Assembly (NCBI GenBank): GCA_021613535.1
Contig: CP075493.1
Coordinates: 14,880,001 to 14,944,000, forward strand
Direction: 5' to 3'
From: Adineta vaga
Taxonomy: Eukaryota > Animalia > Rotifera
Length of the DNA stretch: 64,000 nt
The notes under the pieces are model-generated. The model worked only from the letters and a program-made list of their open reading frames with translations, did not search any database and was not told the origin of the DNA. Every line of letters starts with the position of its first letter. Position 1 is the stretch's first letter. Of this stretch, positions 12,105 to 24,700 are shown one piece after another. A program made the translations under genes and the position numbers.

Positions 12105-14790
12105 ATGCCTGACCGTCGTGGTAAGTGTATATATATCTTTGTGTAATCAATCTTCGCACGAGTCAAATAATTTTGAAAAAGAAGGCTAATACGATATTTT
12201 TATTAGGCAAAACTATGAAAAAAAGACAAAATAGAGAACAACATAGACAAGAACCTGAATTCGAAGATAAAGGTAAGAATTCTATTGTATCTTTCAAGTA
12301 TAAAAATTGGTTATGAAGGAAATAAGGACTGGATGAGTCCAGTCGAATGGTCACCTGATGATTATGATGAAGATGATATTGATCAATCTTCTTCCGATGA
12401 TTACTATGCAATAAATAATCCTAAAACAAAGAAAAATCGAAATCGTCGACAAAATATCGTTGTACAATCATCTGTAGTTCCCATAAAGTATCCGTCTCAA
12501 TCAAGCAATACTCAATTGAATGAGTAAGTTTGCATCACATCAACTTTATATATTTTGTTATCTTCAAGATATAACGATGAACAATATCTTAATGATCGTC
12601 AAGTACCTAGTCAAATTTTTAAGTGAATAGTATCTAAAGAATAGGAATCATTGATTTCATTGGGCTTTTTTTCAGAATCTTTTCTAAGGTTGAACACAAA
12701 GAAGAGGTGATGAAAATTTTGAAAGGTATCCAAGACGAAGAGGATCGTTATTGTCAATCGAAAGATGAAAAAGTTTGTTCACGGCAACAAGTTATTGAAT
12801 ATTTTCAACAAAGTTAGATTTTCATATCAAATTGAAATTTTCATTCGATACCTGAATTGAACAACTTTTCTAGTAAAGTATGTAGATTTTGAACAAGAAA
12901 ATAGAAAACAAATACTAAAATATTTACAAAAACCAATATTAAGAAACTCACAACATGGTGTTTTACTATTCAATTCAGAAAGACAAGTAATGTTGAGCAC
13001 ACTTATTCCTGTGTGTTCATGTCTTTCTCTTTAGATCTTTGTAGTTCAGAATTATGATGGTATGTGGAATGCTCCAATGGGTTATCGAAAAATAGATGAT
13101 AATTATCAGTTAGAAACGATCATGGAAACAGTTTCACGTGGATTTAATGAACAAATTCATGCTAAACATCAACTCACCGATGAAATATTTGAATGTTATG
13201 ATCTTCAAGATAATCATCAGTTAGATTCATATAAATATATTAAAAAACATATAAATATAGAAAATGAATTCGTTGGATTATTCATTAGTCAATTTGATGA
13301 TCCCATAATTGAATTTGAATTACACAATACATATAAAAATCAAGTAAAATCATTCGATTTGAAGATAGTAATGAATATGCTTATTTTTAAGGTGTGTCAG
13401 TGGATATCAATAGATGATATCATCAATCAGAGATCATGTGTACAATTTGAGTATATTATACTCTTAGACCATTTGTACAGTACGTTTTTGATATTCATTT
13501 CAATAACAGATGAGTTTCTATTAGACATATTCAATATTGCATGGATTTGAATAAAGTCAATTCAAACGATACTGTTCAACAAGGGCCTACGGAAAATAAA
13601 ATGAGATTTCAAGAAAATCTAAATAATACAGTCGATGCTTTCAGTACAATTAATCTACAAACAAGTAACTTTTATAGAATCATTTTGAGAATTAATCCAT
13701 GTATGATTTTCAGCTCCACCAAACACACCTTTATCCATTCGCGATGAAATTTTCCACTCTGCTCAACCGCCTATTGAATTTCAGGATGATCGTAATCAAA
13801 TTTTGGATAAAACTTTTGCCACCATATTAGTTACTAATTATGTGCCCAAGATTCTTGCTGATTTTAATTTGAGATTGAGACTTCCTAAAAGTCATATGAA
13901 TATTCCACAATATAAAAAATGTATCTTCGAAAGACCACGAATTCCGTACTATAAGAAACCAAAAGTGAATTCGATGTTTCCATATCAAGAAGGTCAGAAA
14001 TTCTTTCCTGAACCAAAAAAACTTCACTTCTTCCTCTGTTGATTACTGCTCAACGCAATCAAATTACTATTCAAAATTATGATATTATCAGTGAAAGAAA
14101 TTCACTTCGAAAAATTGCCATGAATAATGAAAATTATGTAATTGGTGTGAAAAGAATTGGTTCAACATTATTTCTCCGACGTCATGATAAACGACTTATT
14201 AACAAAAATGATGTGGGATTTCGTTTTGAACAAATGTGTCGACCTAATTATCATCTCGATGCTGAATATAAACTGTTAGTTGAAGGTTGTTTTGGCAATC
14301 TAAGAACATTAATTACAGCTGAAGCTGATGCAGTCTGTAAACCTCATCGGACAATGGAATTTAAAAGTCGATTAGATTCGAATCATATCAATCAACCAGC
14401 GAATTGTTGGTTATAAGCATTTTTGAGTAATTAAGTTTATGAAATTTATCTGTAGAAAATATGATTTATTTTTGTTTCAGGTGGTGTTAGTACGGTGATA
14501 GTTGGTCATCGTACAAATGATGAACCACCACGACTTGTAGATATTCGCATTATGATACTTCGAATATTGTTAGTGATAATGTGAAAGAAAGAATTTTGCT
14601 TTTTCTCTATCGAGTACTTTGTTTTCTTCGAGAAAATGTTAAACAAGATGGCATTTATTTACTTTCGCGTCGTTATGATTCACGTGTTGGAAAACGTGAT
14701 TTATATCTTTATAAAGTAGCAGACAAAGATAAACAAGAATTAACATTTGTTACAACAGAATTACTTAATCAATTGGGTTTTAACTTATGA
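12105..14790 (+). pseudogene. Multi-exon protein with C-terminal DXO/Rai1 (Dom3Z)-family decapping nuclease domain; premature stop and frameshifts
   Basis: Motifs in order: ISERNSLRKI, VGFRFEQ, ITAEAD, MEFK, CWL*AFLS|GVSTVIVGHR (intron 14427-14480). TAA at 14414-14416 replaces the conserved Gln. Frameshifts near 14015 and 14548. Several upstream short exons start from ATG 12105. Confidence 0.75.
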
Positions 14791-15304
14791 ATAACATCAA
14801 CCTTTTTCATATTATCTAATATACAAAAGACTATTGAATAAATATGTTCGCAAAAACAAAGGATAATCAACATAACTATTCCGAAAACCAAAAGGAACAT
14901 TGAAGAAATAATAATATCCATGTCGTTAAAACTTGAACAGAGTTGATACGGTAATCAGCGTATGAAGAAAACTATAGATTAATAAAAGAATAATTTTATC
15001 ATGAAAAAAAATGATGAAAAGATGGCAATTATTTCAATCAATTTCTTTACGTTTTCTCTGTCATTATCGTACAACTATAGTGTAATAAAAAAAATGACGC
15101 CATTTTTCTTCGTTCTGTGTGATCATCCATATCTTTTTTTCCTCTATCACCATCGTCAATATCGATCGCATCGAAAGCAAAACAAACCGAACACTATTAA
15201 TATACCACGAGCTTCATTATTTTGTTTTCTTATTTTTATATCATCGATCAAAACAAAATAATAGTAATAATTTAACCACATTATAGAAGAAATCCTTTCA
15301 CAAA

Positions 15305-15841
15305 ATGATAAGAACAACTGAACGATTTGATGAAACAGGAGGATATGGTATTTCTCTACGTAATAATAATCAAATATTTGAAAAGTTATATGCTACTTAT
15401 GGTGGTAATTATGCACGTGGTCAACAGAAATATTCGAACGGTAAACATTCGATTCGTTTTCAACTTGAACCAATCTTAGATAATAAAGAAGCTAATATAA
15501 TTCTTGTTGGAATTATTTCATCAAATGTAATTGCTACGGATCAATATTTTAATCAAACACCTTCATTATATGCATGGGAAACTTCATCACATGAATGGGA
15601 AGATGAAACAACCATTGTACAAAATGGAATTCATCAAAAGGTCTCAAAAGATAAATGGTCAGGAGCAGAAACTGGAGATATACTTGAGTTAACTATTGAT
15701 TGTGATCAACAATCGATTAGTATTCAAAATGAAACAAGAAAAGGAAGTAATTCAATGAAAGTTGACTTAAAAAATAGTCCTTTACCATGGAAATTTATTA
15801 CTATTTTTTCTATGTATTCCGATCGTGTTCGTCTCTTGTAA
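15305..15841 (+). CDS. B30.2/SPRY-like domain protein
   Basis: GKHSIRFQLE...ILVGIIS...SLYAW...GDILELTIDCDQQSISI is a SPRY-like beta-sandwich pattern. Intact 178-aa ORF. Confidence 0.65.
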   Translation: MIRTTERFDETGGYGISLRNNNQIFEKLYATYGGNYARGQQKYSNGKHSIRFQLEPILDNKEANIILVGIISSNVIATDQYFNQTPSLYAWETSSHEWEDETTIVQNGIHQKVSKDKWSGAETGDILELTIDCDQQSISIQNETRKGSNSMKVDLKNSPLPWKFITIFSMYSDRVRLL

Positions 15842-15939
15842 TTTATTTTTTCAATAATTCATTAATAAAGTTTACATCTATCTTAAGAATTTGAAAATGA
15901 TGTCTGGAAAAATAACATGCGTTTATGAAAGAATAATCA

Positions 15940-18303
15940 TCAGGCAATAAATGGAGGAATAGAATCACATGCATGCGGTTGATTATCACGAGATGTTTTA
16001 AAACTACAGATGAGCGATCGTCGACATGCATGAGAACATTTCGATCCATCTGCATACGATTTTGTATAATGTTTGTAAACAGTACCCATCAGTGGTCCAT
16101 CAATATCATTTTCTAATCTTTTAATGAAATTATTCCAATCAGCAGGAAATAAATTCTCCATTTGATAAGCATCTCGTGCACTATATTCATTTTCTAGAAT
16201 TGTTCTATTATAAAAATTTGTTGCGGTTAAATTCATAATCACTGTACGATGATCAAGTACCCAATAAGAACTTGCTGGATATTCACCATCCATTGTATAC
16301 ATACGATAACCTGGATTCAAGAAGGATTCAGTTGTTAATGATGGTGCTATATAAGCCTAAAAAGTTTCGAAATCATACATAAGTTTCTTGCATGATAACA
16401 AATATGTACTCACCATTGAAACAGGCCGTTGAGAATCATTTTCATCATAGAACATGCTTAGTTCATCATTATGTGTATGACCATAAAATTGTCCAGATAT
16501 CGTATTTTCAAATCTATTTGATATCTAAATATCATTACAAATTCGTTATGTATGTAGAATTTCCTACCGATTAACTACACGATTAAAATTCCAACCAAAT
16601 GCTGCAAAACAGGAACTTGGTGGATGATGAGCAATAATGTGAACTTTCTCTCCATGATTTTCTGCATATTGTAACCATTGTATCAACTAAAAAACATACG
16701 TATGTATGACTAAAAACTGTTCTTCTATTCAACAACTTACCCATTCAACTTGATTGAGTGGATCAGTTGCATTAATGAATAACCAATAGTTGTCCGATGC
16801 GTAATAGTTTGTATTGAGAGAAATCAATCGCAAACCGGGACGTACAAGTGTTGTATAAAAACCACCACGAAGAATCGTTTCACGTGTATCATTAGGTAGA
16901 CCAAATGTATTTATCCAACTATCAGCAAGTGCTTCATACAACCATGAAATATTATCTGTTTTAATAATCGGTGTTGGAAAGAGGTTGCATGGAGCTATCA
17001 GAAGACATACTGAATAGAATGAATGAGAGAGAAATTATATACCTGCTTCATGGTTACCAACAGCTGCATATACTGTTTTATTTCTAAATGTTCTAGATAC
17101 TAAATTATTGATTGTATGGATTGAATACAGTTGATCAGTACGTGATTGATTCCATACATTGTGAGGAGGTGTATCACCGGTATAGTAGATGAAATCAATC
17201 TGTTCGATTTGAGAGAGAATAAGAAAAATCTATCGAAATTTTATCTTTAACCTCTTCTGTTTTTGCAGCATATTCAAATATGGCTTGAGCCGTCCAAACT
17301 GGTATGTCACAATGAAGACTTGTTCCCCTAAAATGTTAGTTAATTGATATTTCATATATAGATATAATCAGATAAGTAAAAAGAACAAACCAAAAACCAG
17401 CAGCTGGACGACCAGGTACTATACTTAGAAATAGAAATCATTCAATATTAGCGTATTTGAATATTATATGACTCACGAGGTCGACCTTTTCGACAGCATA
17501 ATGGTTCAAGACAGTCTGCTTCTGATCCTGGCTTGTACTCAAAATCTACATGAATGTCGGCTAACTGCAATAGTTTCAACTTTGGTGAGCTAGGCTGAAA
17601 ACATATGGAATATGACTCAATACACTCTTTCAATTACAAATCTATACTAACGGAAGGAGGTTTGGGTGGTTGTGGAGATGGTTTTCCATCGGGAATTGAT
17701 ACAGTCCAATTCAACGAAGGATAATCAGTCTGTCTATCGCAATTCACAGCAAGTGAACAGAGTACTTTATCACTGTAATCAGTCAAGGCAATGACTTGGA
17801 AAACAACATCCTATTTGTAAGCAAATAGATTTATATAAGTACATGAAAATCGTACAACTCTTATACTTTGTATTCATGTACAGCGCCACTACAAACATCA
17901 AGAACCAAACCAAATTCTTTACAAATTTGCAGAGTAACATTTTCAAAACGTTCTGTTTGATTTGCATAGACAAGTAATCGCATCTAATTGATACACAAAT
18001 AATTGAATAGAAAAAAAAACAAGAAATATCTTCACTCACTACTGGTAGAAGAATATGGCATAATTTACAATATATTTCTGGTGGATCATTATATTGTTGA
18101 AACATCCATTGAAGTGATTTCATACTGTTAGAATGTTCGAAACGTTTTCGATAGCTAATTAACGTAGCAAACATTTCGTCATTATTAAATATGGGATCGT
18201 TAATTACTTCATCAACTGTATCCTGTAGAATAACTCGAGCATCAATTGTCCTATGACCGACAAAGATGACGAAGATGATTATAAAGATTATTTTCAAACT
18301 CAT
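15940..18303 (-). CDS. SMPD1: Acid sphingomyelinase (saposin-B + metallophosphoesterase), multi-exon
   Basis: Signal peptide MSLKIIFIIIFVIFVG. Saposin cysteines (CKLC, C..., C...). Motifs LQLADIHVD, EADCLEPLCCR, YYTGDTPPHNVW, AVGNHEA, LISLNTN, HIIAHHPP, FYGHTH and NPGYRMY. About 10 short GT-AG introns. Confidence 0.93.
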
Positions 18304-18527
18304 CAACACAAAGGAAAAGAAATGAAAGCAGGACAATGATAAACACGAACTAAAATACCGCTTTTTGATAACAAACACATTTGTCTTTTCTCTCGAGAAT
18401 AGAAGCATTCTCTTTTCATCAGGTAACCAATGTGTTTAGATGTTTAGTAAGAATAAGTTATCTTATCAATGGATAGAAGAAAAGTTTGATATTTATTTAT
18501 TTAAAAAGAAAATTTACAATTTCGTAT

Positions 18528-19541
18528 CTATGATATTTCAATTAATTTTAATTGTTTCTTTCTATTTTCAATTAGAATTAATTGATGACATGAATTTTCC
18601 ATTTGTTGACTAAATGCTCTAACAGAACTAAGAAAATTATCGTCATTTGCTAGCATTATATGAGAATTATGTCCATAGGAAATTGTTTTAATTTCTTTTG
18701 TTTTCATATTTCGATCCAGATCAAACCAAACAGCATGAACACAACCATCACCAATATATTCTTTTAACATAAAATCATTTTCAATTAATTGATGTGAAAA
18801 ACTTTGAACACGTGCCGATTGATAAAACCATTGTAATCGAATAAGAAAGAAATTATTATAAATACAATTTCTTCGTGGAAATTTTCTTCTTCTTTTAAAA
18901 AAACGTGCTTCAATTGTCGATAAACCAGGACAATCGTCTTTATATCTTGATCGATAAACATAATCCAGATTGTTTTTTTTCGTATATTCAAAAAGATCGT
19001 CTTTGGTATGATCTATAAAATATGAATCATCATCCATTCTCATCAAATATTCATAATGATTCCCTTTGATTGCAGGATGATAAAAGACATCATAGGACCA
19101 AAATCGACACATGACGTGGTATCCAAGATTTAATCTTTTCATGAATTTTGCAGGTAAGGAAATATTGGATGGAAAATGAAAAAGAATAAATGAAATTTGT
19201 AAGGTTTTATTGGAATATGAAACACAAGATAAAATATATTGTTGCATGGATGAAGTAAAATATTGATCATGAAAAATAATAACTGGATAAAGATTTTGTG
19301 ATGAATGAAATAGAACAACTGAATGGATCATATTGATAACACGATGTATTGATGTATTTGTACTTCGAATTAATGTAACAATAACACCGCGAGGATACTG
19401 ATGTTGATTGGATTTATGTTGAGATAGTTTCAATGGAGAAAATATTGAATAAATTAAAAAGAGAAGAAGAAATATAAAGAGAAGAGATAGAAAAATATAT
19501 TTTGAAAAATGTTGTTTTTTATTTTCACTAATCAACACCAT
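18528..19541 (-). CDS. Glycosyltransferase family 15 (KRE2/MNT1-like alpha-1,2-mannosyltransferase), type II membrane protein, intronless
   Basis: N-terminal TM. GYHVMCRFWS, YEYLMRMDDDSYF, IYNNFF and YIGDGCVH align with the GT15 motifs YRHMCRF / YYWR / WSNFEI / RWGDAPVH. Confidence 0.8.
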   Translation of the reverse strand: MVLISENKKQHFSKYIFLSLLFIFLLLFLIYSIFSPLKLSQHKSNQHQYPRGVIVTLIRSTNTSIHRVINMIHSVVLFHSSQNLYPVIIFHDQYFTSSMQQYILSCVSYSNKTLQISFILFHFPSNISLPAKFMKRLNLGYHVMCRFWSYDVFYHPAIKGNHYEYLMRMDDDSYFIDHTKDDLFEYTKKNNLDYVYRSRYKDDCPGLSTIEARFFKRRRKFPRRNCIYNNFFLIRLQWFYQSARVQSFSHQLIENDFMLKEYIGDGCVHAVWFDLDRNMKTKEIKTISYGHNSHIMLANDDNFLSSVRAFSQQMENSCHQLILIENRKKQLKLIEIS

Positions 19542-20190
19542 TGATGAAGAGAAATTAACATCAAACGATTGTTAATGTGATAATAAAAATATTCATCGTT
19601 GTTTGATTCTTGATATCCATGAAATTAATGTGCATGCTCAGTCATAGTGAGTAAGTAGAACAATAGTTAACCTTGCAAAACAAGAATGTGAAGTGAGAAC
19701 TTTGTTCCGAGTGTATCTTTATTTCAAAAACAAAATGTTCTTTCGTCTCGCGACACTATGTTAATCAAAAGAGAAAATTAACGTATATGAAGTAAATCGA
19801 TTAATGAAGCGTATCGCATGTAAAGAACGATGTCAATATTGATTGATAATATGCATATGTAAATACATGAATGAATTTCAATTATCATCCCTGATATGTA
19901 GTCAACTATCGAGAAATTTTATCGCGTGGACGTTATTTAGAACAATTTTCTGAATGTTTTGCGTTCTATCGCTTATTGTTAAGATGATGTATAACATATG
20001 GTGTGTTCGAAGAAAAGAAAAAGGAAGAGACATCTAAAAGTTTCTATAAAGTGAATCAATCAATCAATGAGCTTGTGCTTTATTTACTTAATCGATATTG
20101 AATATATTGAATGAAATATATATGTTTTGCTTGTACTCGCGCAGAACGCAAGAAAGTGTCGAGAATAAAAGAGTTAATTCAATTAGTATA

Positions 20191-21064
20191 TCAAGATTTT
20201 CTCTTATGTATGGGTAGTTTGAACAACGGAGAGAGTGATCGGGTATTTTTAAGAGGCCAGCAAAATAGTCTGTAGTAAAATGGCCGTGAGTTTCGGGAAC
20301 GATGGGACAAGACACTATTTTGTCTTTTTGACGTCGAAGTTGTAATTGCATCAGATGTTTCAATCGAATTGTCCTTCTCGTTATTGTTCTGGCTTGGGAC
20401 AGTTTCATCTATTTTGTGTAATTCTCGTTCGTATCGAATCAATTGTAAAAGAAAGCCAAGATTAGGTTCAGCACAACGCCGTCGTTCGACCAAATAATCA
20501 TAGGCTTTGTCAAGAGAACTATGATGATATCTAGATAGACAAAATGATGGCACTTTTCGAAAGTTGCCGAAAAAAAATCTACTTCATCAGATAGGCAAGA
20601 ACAATGGAGGATGAACGAGAAACGCCCATTTGACAGTTAACTAGTACTTTCTCGCCTTTTAATTTACAGGTGTGCAAGAATTCATTTGTCGTCTTGAAAT
20701 ATTCAGCAATATCCACGTACGTGTCATCCTCTAAATTAATCCATAAGATATGATATTGATCAAGAATATCTTGTTCCAATGGATAATCGCACACATTAAT
20801 GATGCGTCGAATACCAAGTACTTCGAGTAATGTTTTGTTCATTGCATGTTTTAAATCACCATGGTACAGGAAATCGTCGATAATCACCGATGGAGTGGTA
20901 GAGTCTTGCTGTTTGATCGATATCAGCTCTCGTTGATTCATACGAAGACAGACTAATTTTTTCAAATCGTTCAATTCGTTCTCCGTGGGTTGCCATGTAA
21001 ATTTCAAGGGAATTACCATCATATTCCATTCCGAATCATTCATTTGAAGCGACGCATCTGTCAT
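20191..21064 (-). CDS. Atypical dual-specificity protein phosphatase, 2 exons
   Basis: VLVNCQMGVSRSSSIVLAYLM|KYH...AYDYLVERRRCAEPNLGFLLQL. Intron 20531-20582. Confidence 0.9.
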
Positions 21065-21761
21065 TTTTCTTCTTTTTTTTATCAATCTATAGAATCTGAT
21101 TCAGATAGAAGTCTGAAAATATTGTGAAATATCTCCTACTTATGTCAATGATGACAGAGACGGATAGAAATTCCATTGACAGAAATGTGTAACCATTTAT
21201 TATGATAATGAGATAGATGTCGTGTATAATCAAATGAATAAAATAGAAATATTGGATGAATCAGAGGAGTGTAGACTAAAACAATAGAAAGAAATCCACC
21301 CGCATCCTACCAGCGGATATTTTATGTAAAATTGCATTTATATACAATTGGGCTATTTTCACCTTGTTGCGAATATCTTCGATCGCGTTCAGATGAAAAA
21401 AATTTTATTTTTGAGTTTAACAAAACAAAAATTCCAAATTTGTTCTAAAAACCTCAACTACTTTCGATAAATTCTTTCTTCTGTGATAGTAAGTGAGTTT
21501 CTAATGAGTTATAAATATCGTCTTATATATCATACAGCAATTCGAATAGCGATGGTTTCATTACAGATTTATAAGACAGAGATAGTATAATTAATAAAAA
21601 AACAAAGCAATTTAATGTTAAAAGCAAAGAGTTTAAGATCGTAGTTCTGTTCAAGGAGGATTCAAGTAGAGGTGCGAATAGCTCTTCATTATTATCACCC
21701 ACACCCTCACCATTCTTTGCATTGCAAAAGAACTAACCGATTTAACATTAGTTGAATATGT

Positions 21762-24700
21762 CTATGATCGTTGTTTGCAGCATAGTCGAAAGAACGAGTC
21801 TTTGAATGTTTTACGATATAATTTCGAAGGAGTCACAAATAAAACGAACATAAGTATCGACGGCGTAAATGAAATATAATAAGCAGACAAATACAACCAT
21901 GGATGGCGAGATACTTCGACACATCCAGATAGCAAAGAAATCGCCAAGCGCGGTAACGACAAAAGAAGTAATATCAGAGGACTGATGACCAGTTGTTTAT
22001 GTTCCTTCCACTGTTCATGAATATGTTGTTTATAAGTTTGCCTTTTCTGTGCATCTGCACGTCGTCGAGCACTTCCAACGATGATGAACAAAGCAGAACA
22101 GAGATTTGCAATAAATGGACCAAGAAGATGAATAAATAGAATAGTTGTATTATAATCTTGAACAGAACGAGAATAATAAGTCGTACACCAATTCTGGCGA
22201 TCTGTTACATAAGCATCTTTAATGCGTATTGTTTCTCGATCATAGATCTCGTACTCTTCTGTCTTGGTTTTATGAGTGAACACTTGACGATATACAGGTT
22301 CATGAATAATCGTCATCATGATGCAAACCGGTAAAATGCATATTATCCATCGAGCAACACGTTTACTTTTCTTTGTATTAAAACTAATACCTTTATAAAC
22401 ATTAAATGCACGTTCGATGGCTACACATGCGTTCAGCCAAGCATCGTAATAAAAGAAAAGTTTAAGAAGAGTCTCAATTGACTTACAACCTCCTTGCAGA
22501 ACATACATCTGAATAGATATGTTCATTTGTGTGAGAACAACAAACCAAAATTTGACTGTTAACATCGATATAGTCAGAAGAGAAGCGGTGGATGATGCAA
22601 ATAGATACATTCCACATCCAACGTTTCGTACGCTCTCATTTTTAAAAGTCAATAGAGAACAAAGACTGCTGACTACACCAGCCACAAACGTGATAATTAC
22701 CAAAGCAGCACTAATTTTGATGAAGAATGGCTGATCATTGAGTATCATATTTCGATTAATTTCAGGGTGTAAAATATCGTCGAGTGTTAAACCAATACTT
22801 TTCACTTGAACATTACAAGGACCACCGATATAACAACGAGTAGAATTATCGACTAAATTTAAAGACTTTGTACAGAATTAACAATGCGAATCAGAAAAAA
22901 AAACACTATTATACATTTCATTTCAACTGTACTGATAATTTCGTCTCAATCTACGAATTTTTAGTTATTCCATATTACGAAGAACTTTTTCATGTGATGG
23001 TCTGACTATTGTTTGGATTAGTACAGTGTCAGGATTTTACGAGAGAAAGAATAGTTATGGTGATAGAAGAAAATTTGTAACAACTGTTAATTAGTAACTA
23101 TTCAATAAGTTCTTCATACAGTTTCTAGGCTCAACTTTCACCAAAGTTTGCTGCTCTAACACAATAATCGCTATGATGTTCTTTGTCATATATATCATAA
23201 TGTAATTTAAGTTGAGTTGTGCTGATTCGAGATTACCATTTTGAGGTAGAAGAAATGTTATGATTTCTCAATAGGGATTCAAACGATGGTATAGATATCA
23301 AATTATCATCATAAAAGAATCTTTTCGAATACTATATTGTTTAGTTATAGAATTGGTATGAAAATGTGTCATTCGAATATAAGAACTGAATATATCAGTT
23401 CTTTCTATATTAGAAACTCTTTTACTGATTATTCATGAAATGTAGTAGCACTACTTACTAAAACGTTCAAGAGTGACCTTCTCTGGCCCGAACACCATGA
23501 TGGTGAACTTGTCTGTCCATTGCGGAATATCACTTGTTATAAGCAGTATATATGTAGTATCAGTTCGAAGAATGCTTGAAAATTGGAACACATAGCTAGA
23601 CAGACAAAAGCGAGGATCAACAGGGATTAAATTTTCCGATGGATTGAGCGGATTGAAATAATTTTCGTAGAGAAAACCATCAAAACTGGATGATTCCTTC
23701 CTAGAAAAAGTGTAATATCCATCGTTAGTTACAGTGACTTGTATAGTTTCGTAGTGATAATCGGCATTACCACATGTTTGAGCATATTTTTGACTATTGT
23801 TAGTTAGTTCCGATGAATAAACTGATCGAATAACTGACGAAGCATCTATTCAAAAATATTGATTACAAGTTGTGACGTGCTGATAAAAATGCAAGATTTT
23901 ACTCACTCATGGATTGAACACGGATATCATTTGCATCAAATATTTTGATAGAAAGTGTTTTTGAAGAATATTTAAAACATTTTGTTACAACTAATATGTA
24001 TGGAATATTGATCATAAGTTTGATGGTAATTACAGATTGATAATCATCAGAAAAGCAATGCGTAACGTTTTTTGAGATTAAGCTTCGATGTGGAATGGAC
24101 GGATAGAAATCATGTTCGTATATACGAATCAATGTAAACTGATTGGAATTCTCAAGAAATGTATAATAGCCACTTTCGTTTACATCCACTTGGATGACTT
24201 TATAGTAATATTTTGAGAAGTCACAATCAAGAAGGTAGTATGTTGCATCATCATCTGTGAATTCTAATGAGTAGTCTGATTGAAGAGTTGGTAAGTGATC
24301 TATTCAGTAGAAATCAAACTAATCAGAAGTCAGACGATTCCAGTAACTTCAATCAAGTATTCTACATCATGAAAATAAATGTTCGATGAATGATCTGTTG
24401 TCACTATCTTGTATCAGATTATAAGGATGAAACGATGATTGTATCGTATAACTCGTGTGTCAGATTTTCAGTACATATCTTATTTCGATTTCTTTTAAAT
24501 CAAGAAGTACTCAAACTATCGAAGTCTTAGAAATTCGAAACAAAGTTTTAATTTATTAATCAGCTCATTTTGATTCATATACTAATAGATATATTTACTC
24601 ACTTATCCGTTGACAATTGACTTTATCAGAACCAAATATTGTGATTATGAATGGTCCTGTTACATCTCGATCATATGTTGTGACAACCAATATGTATATT

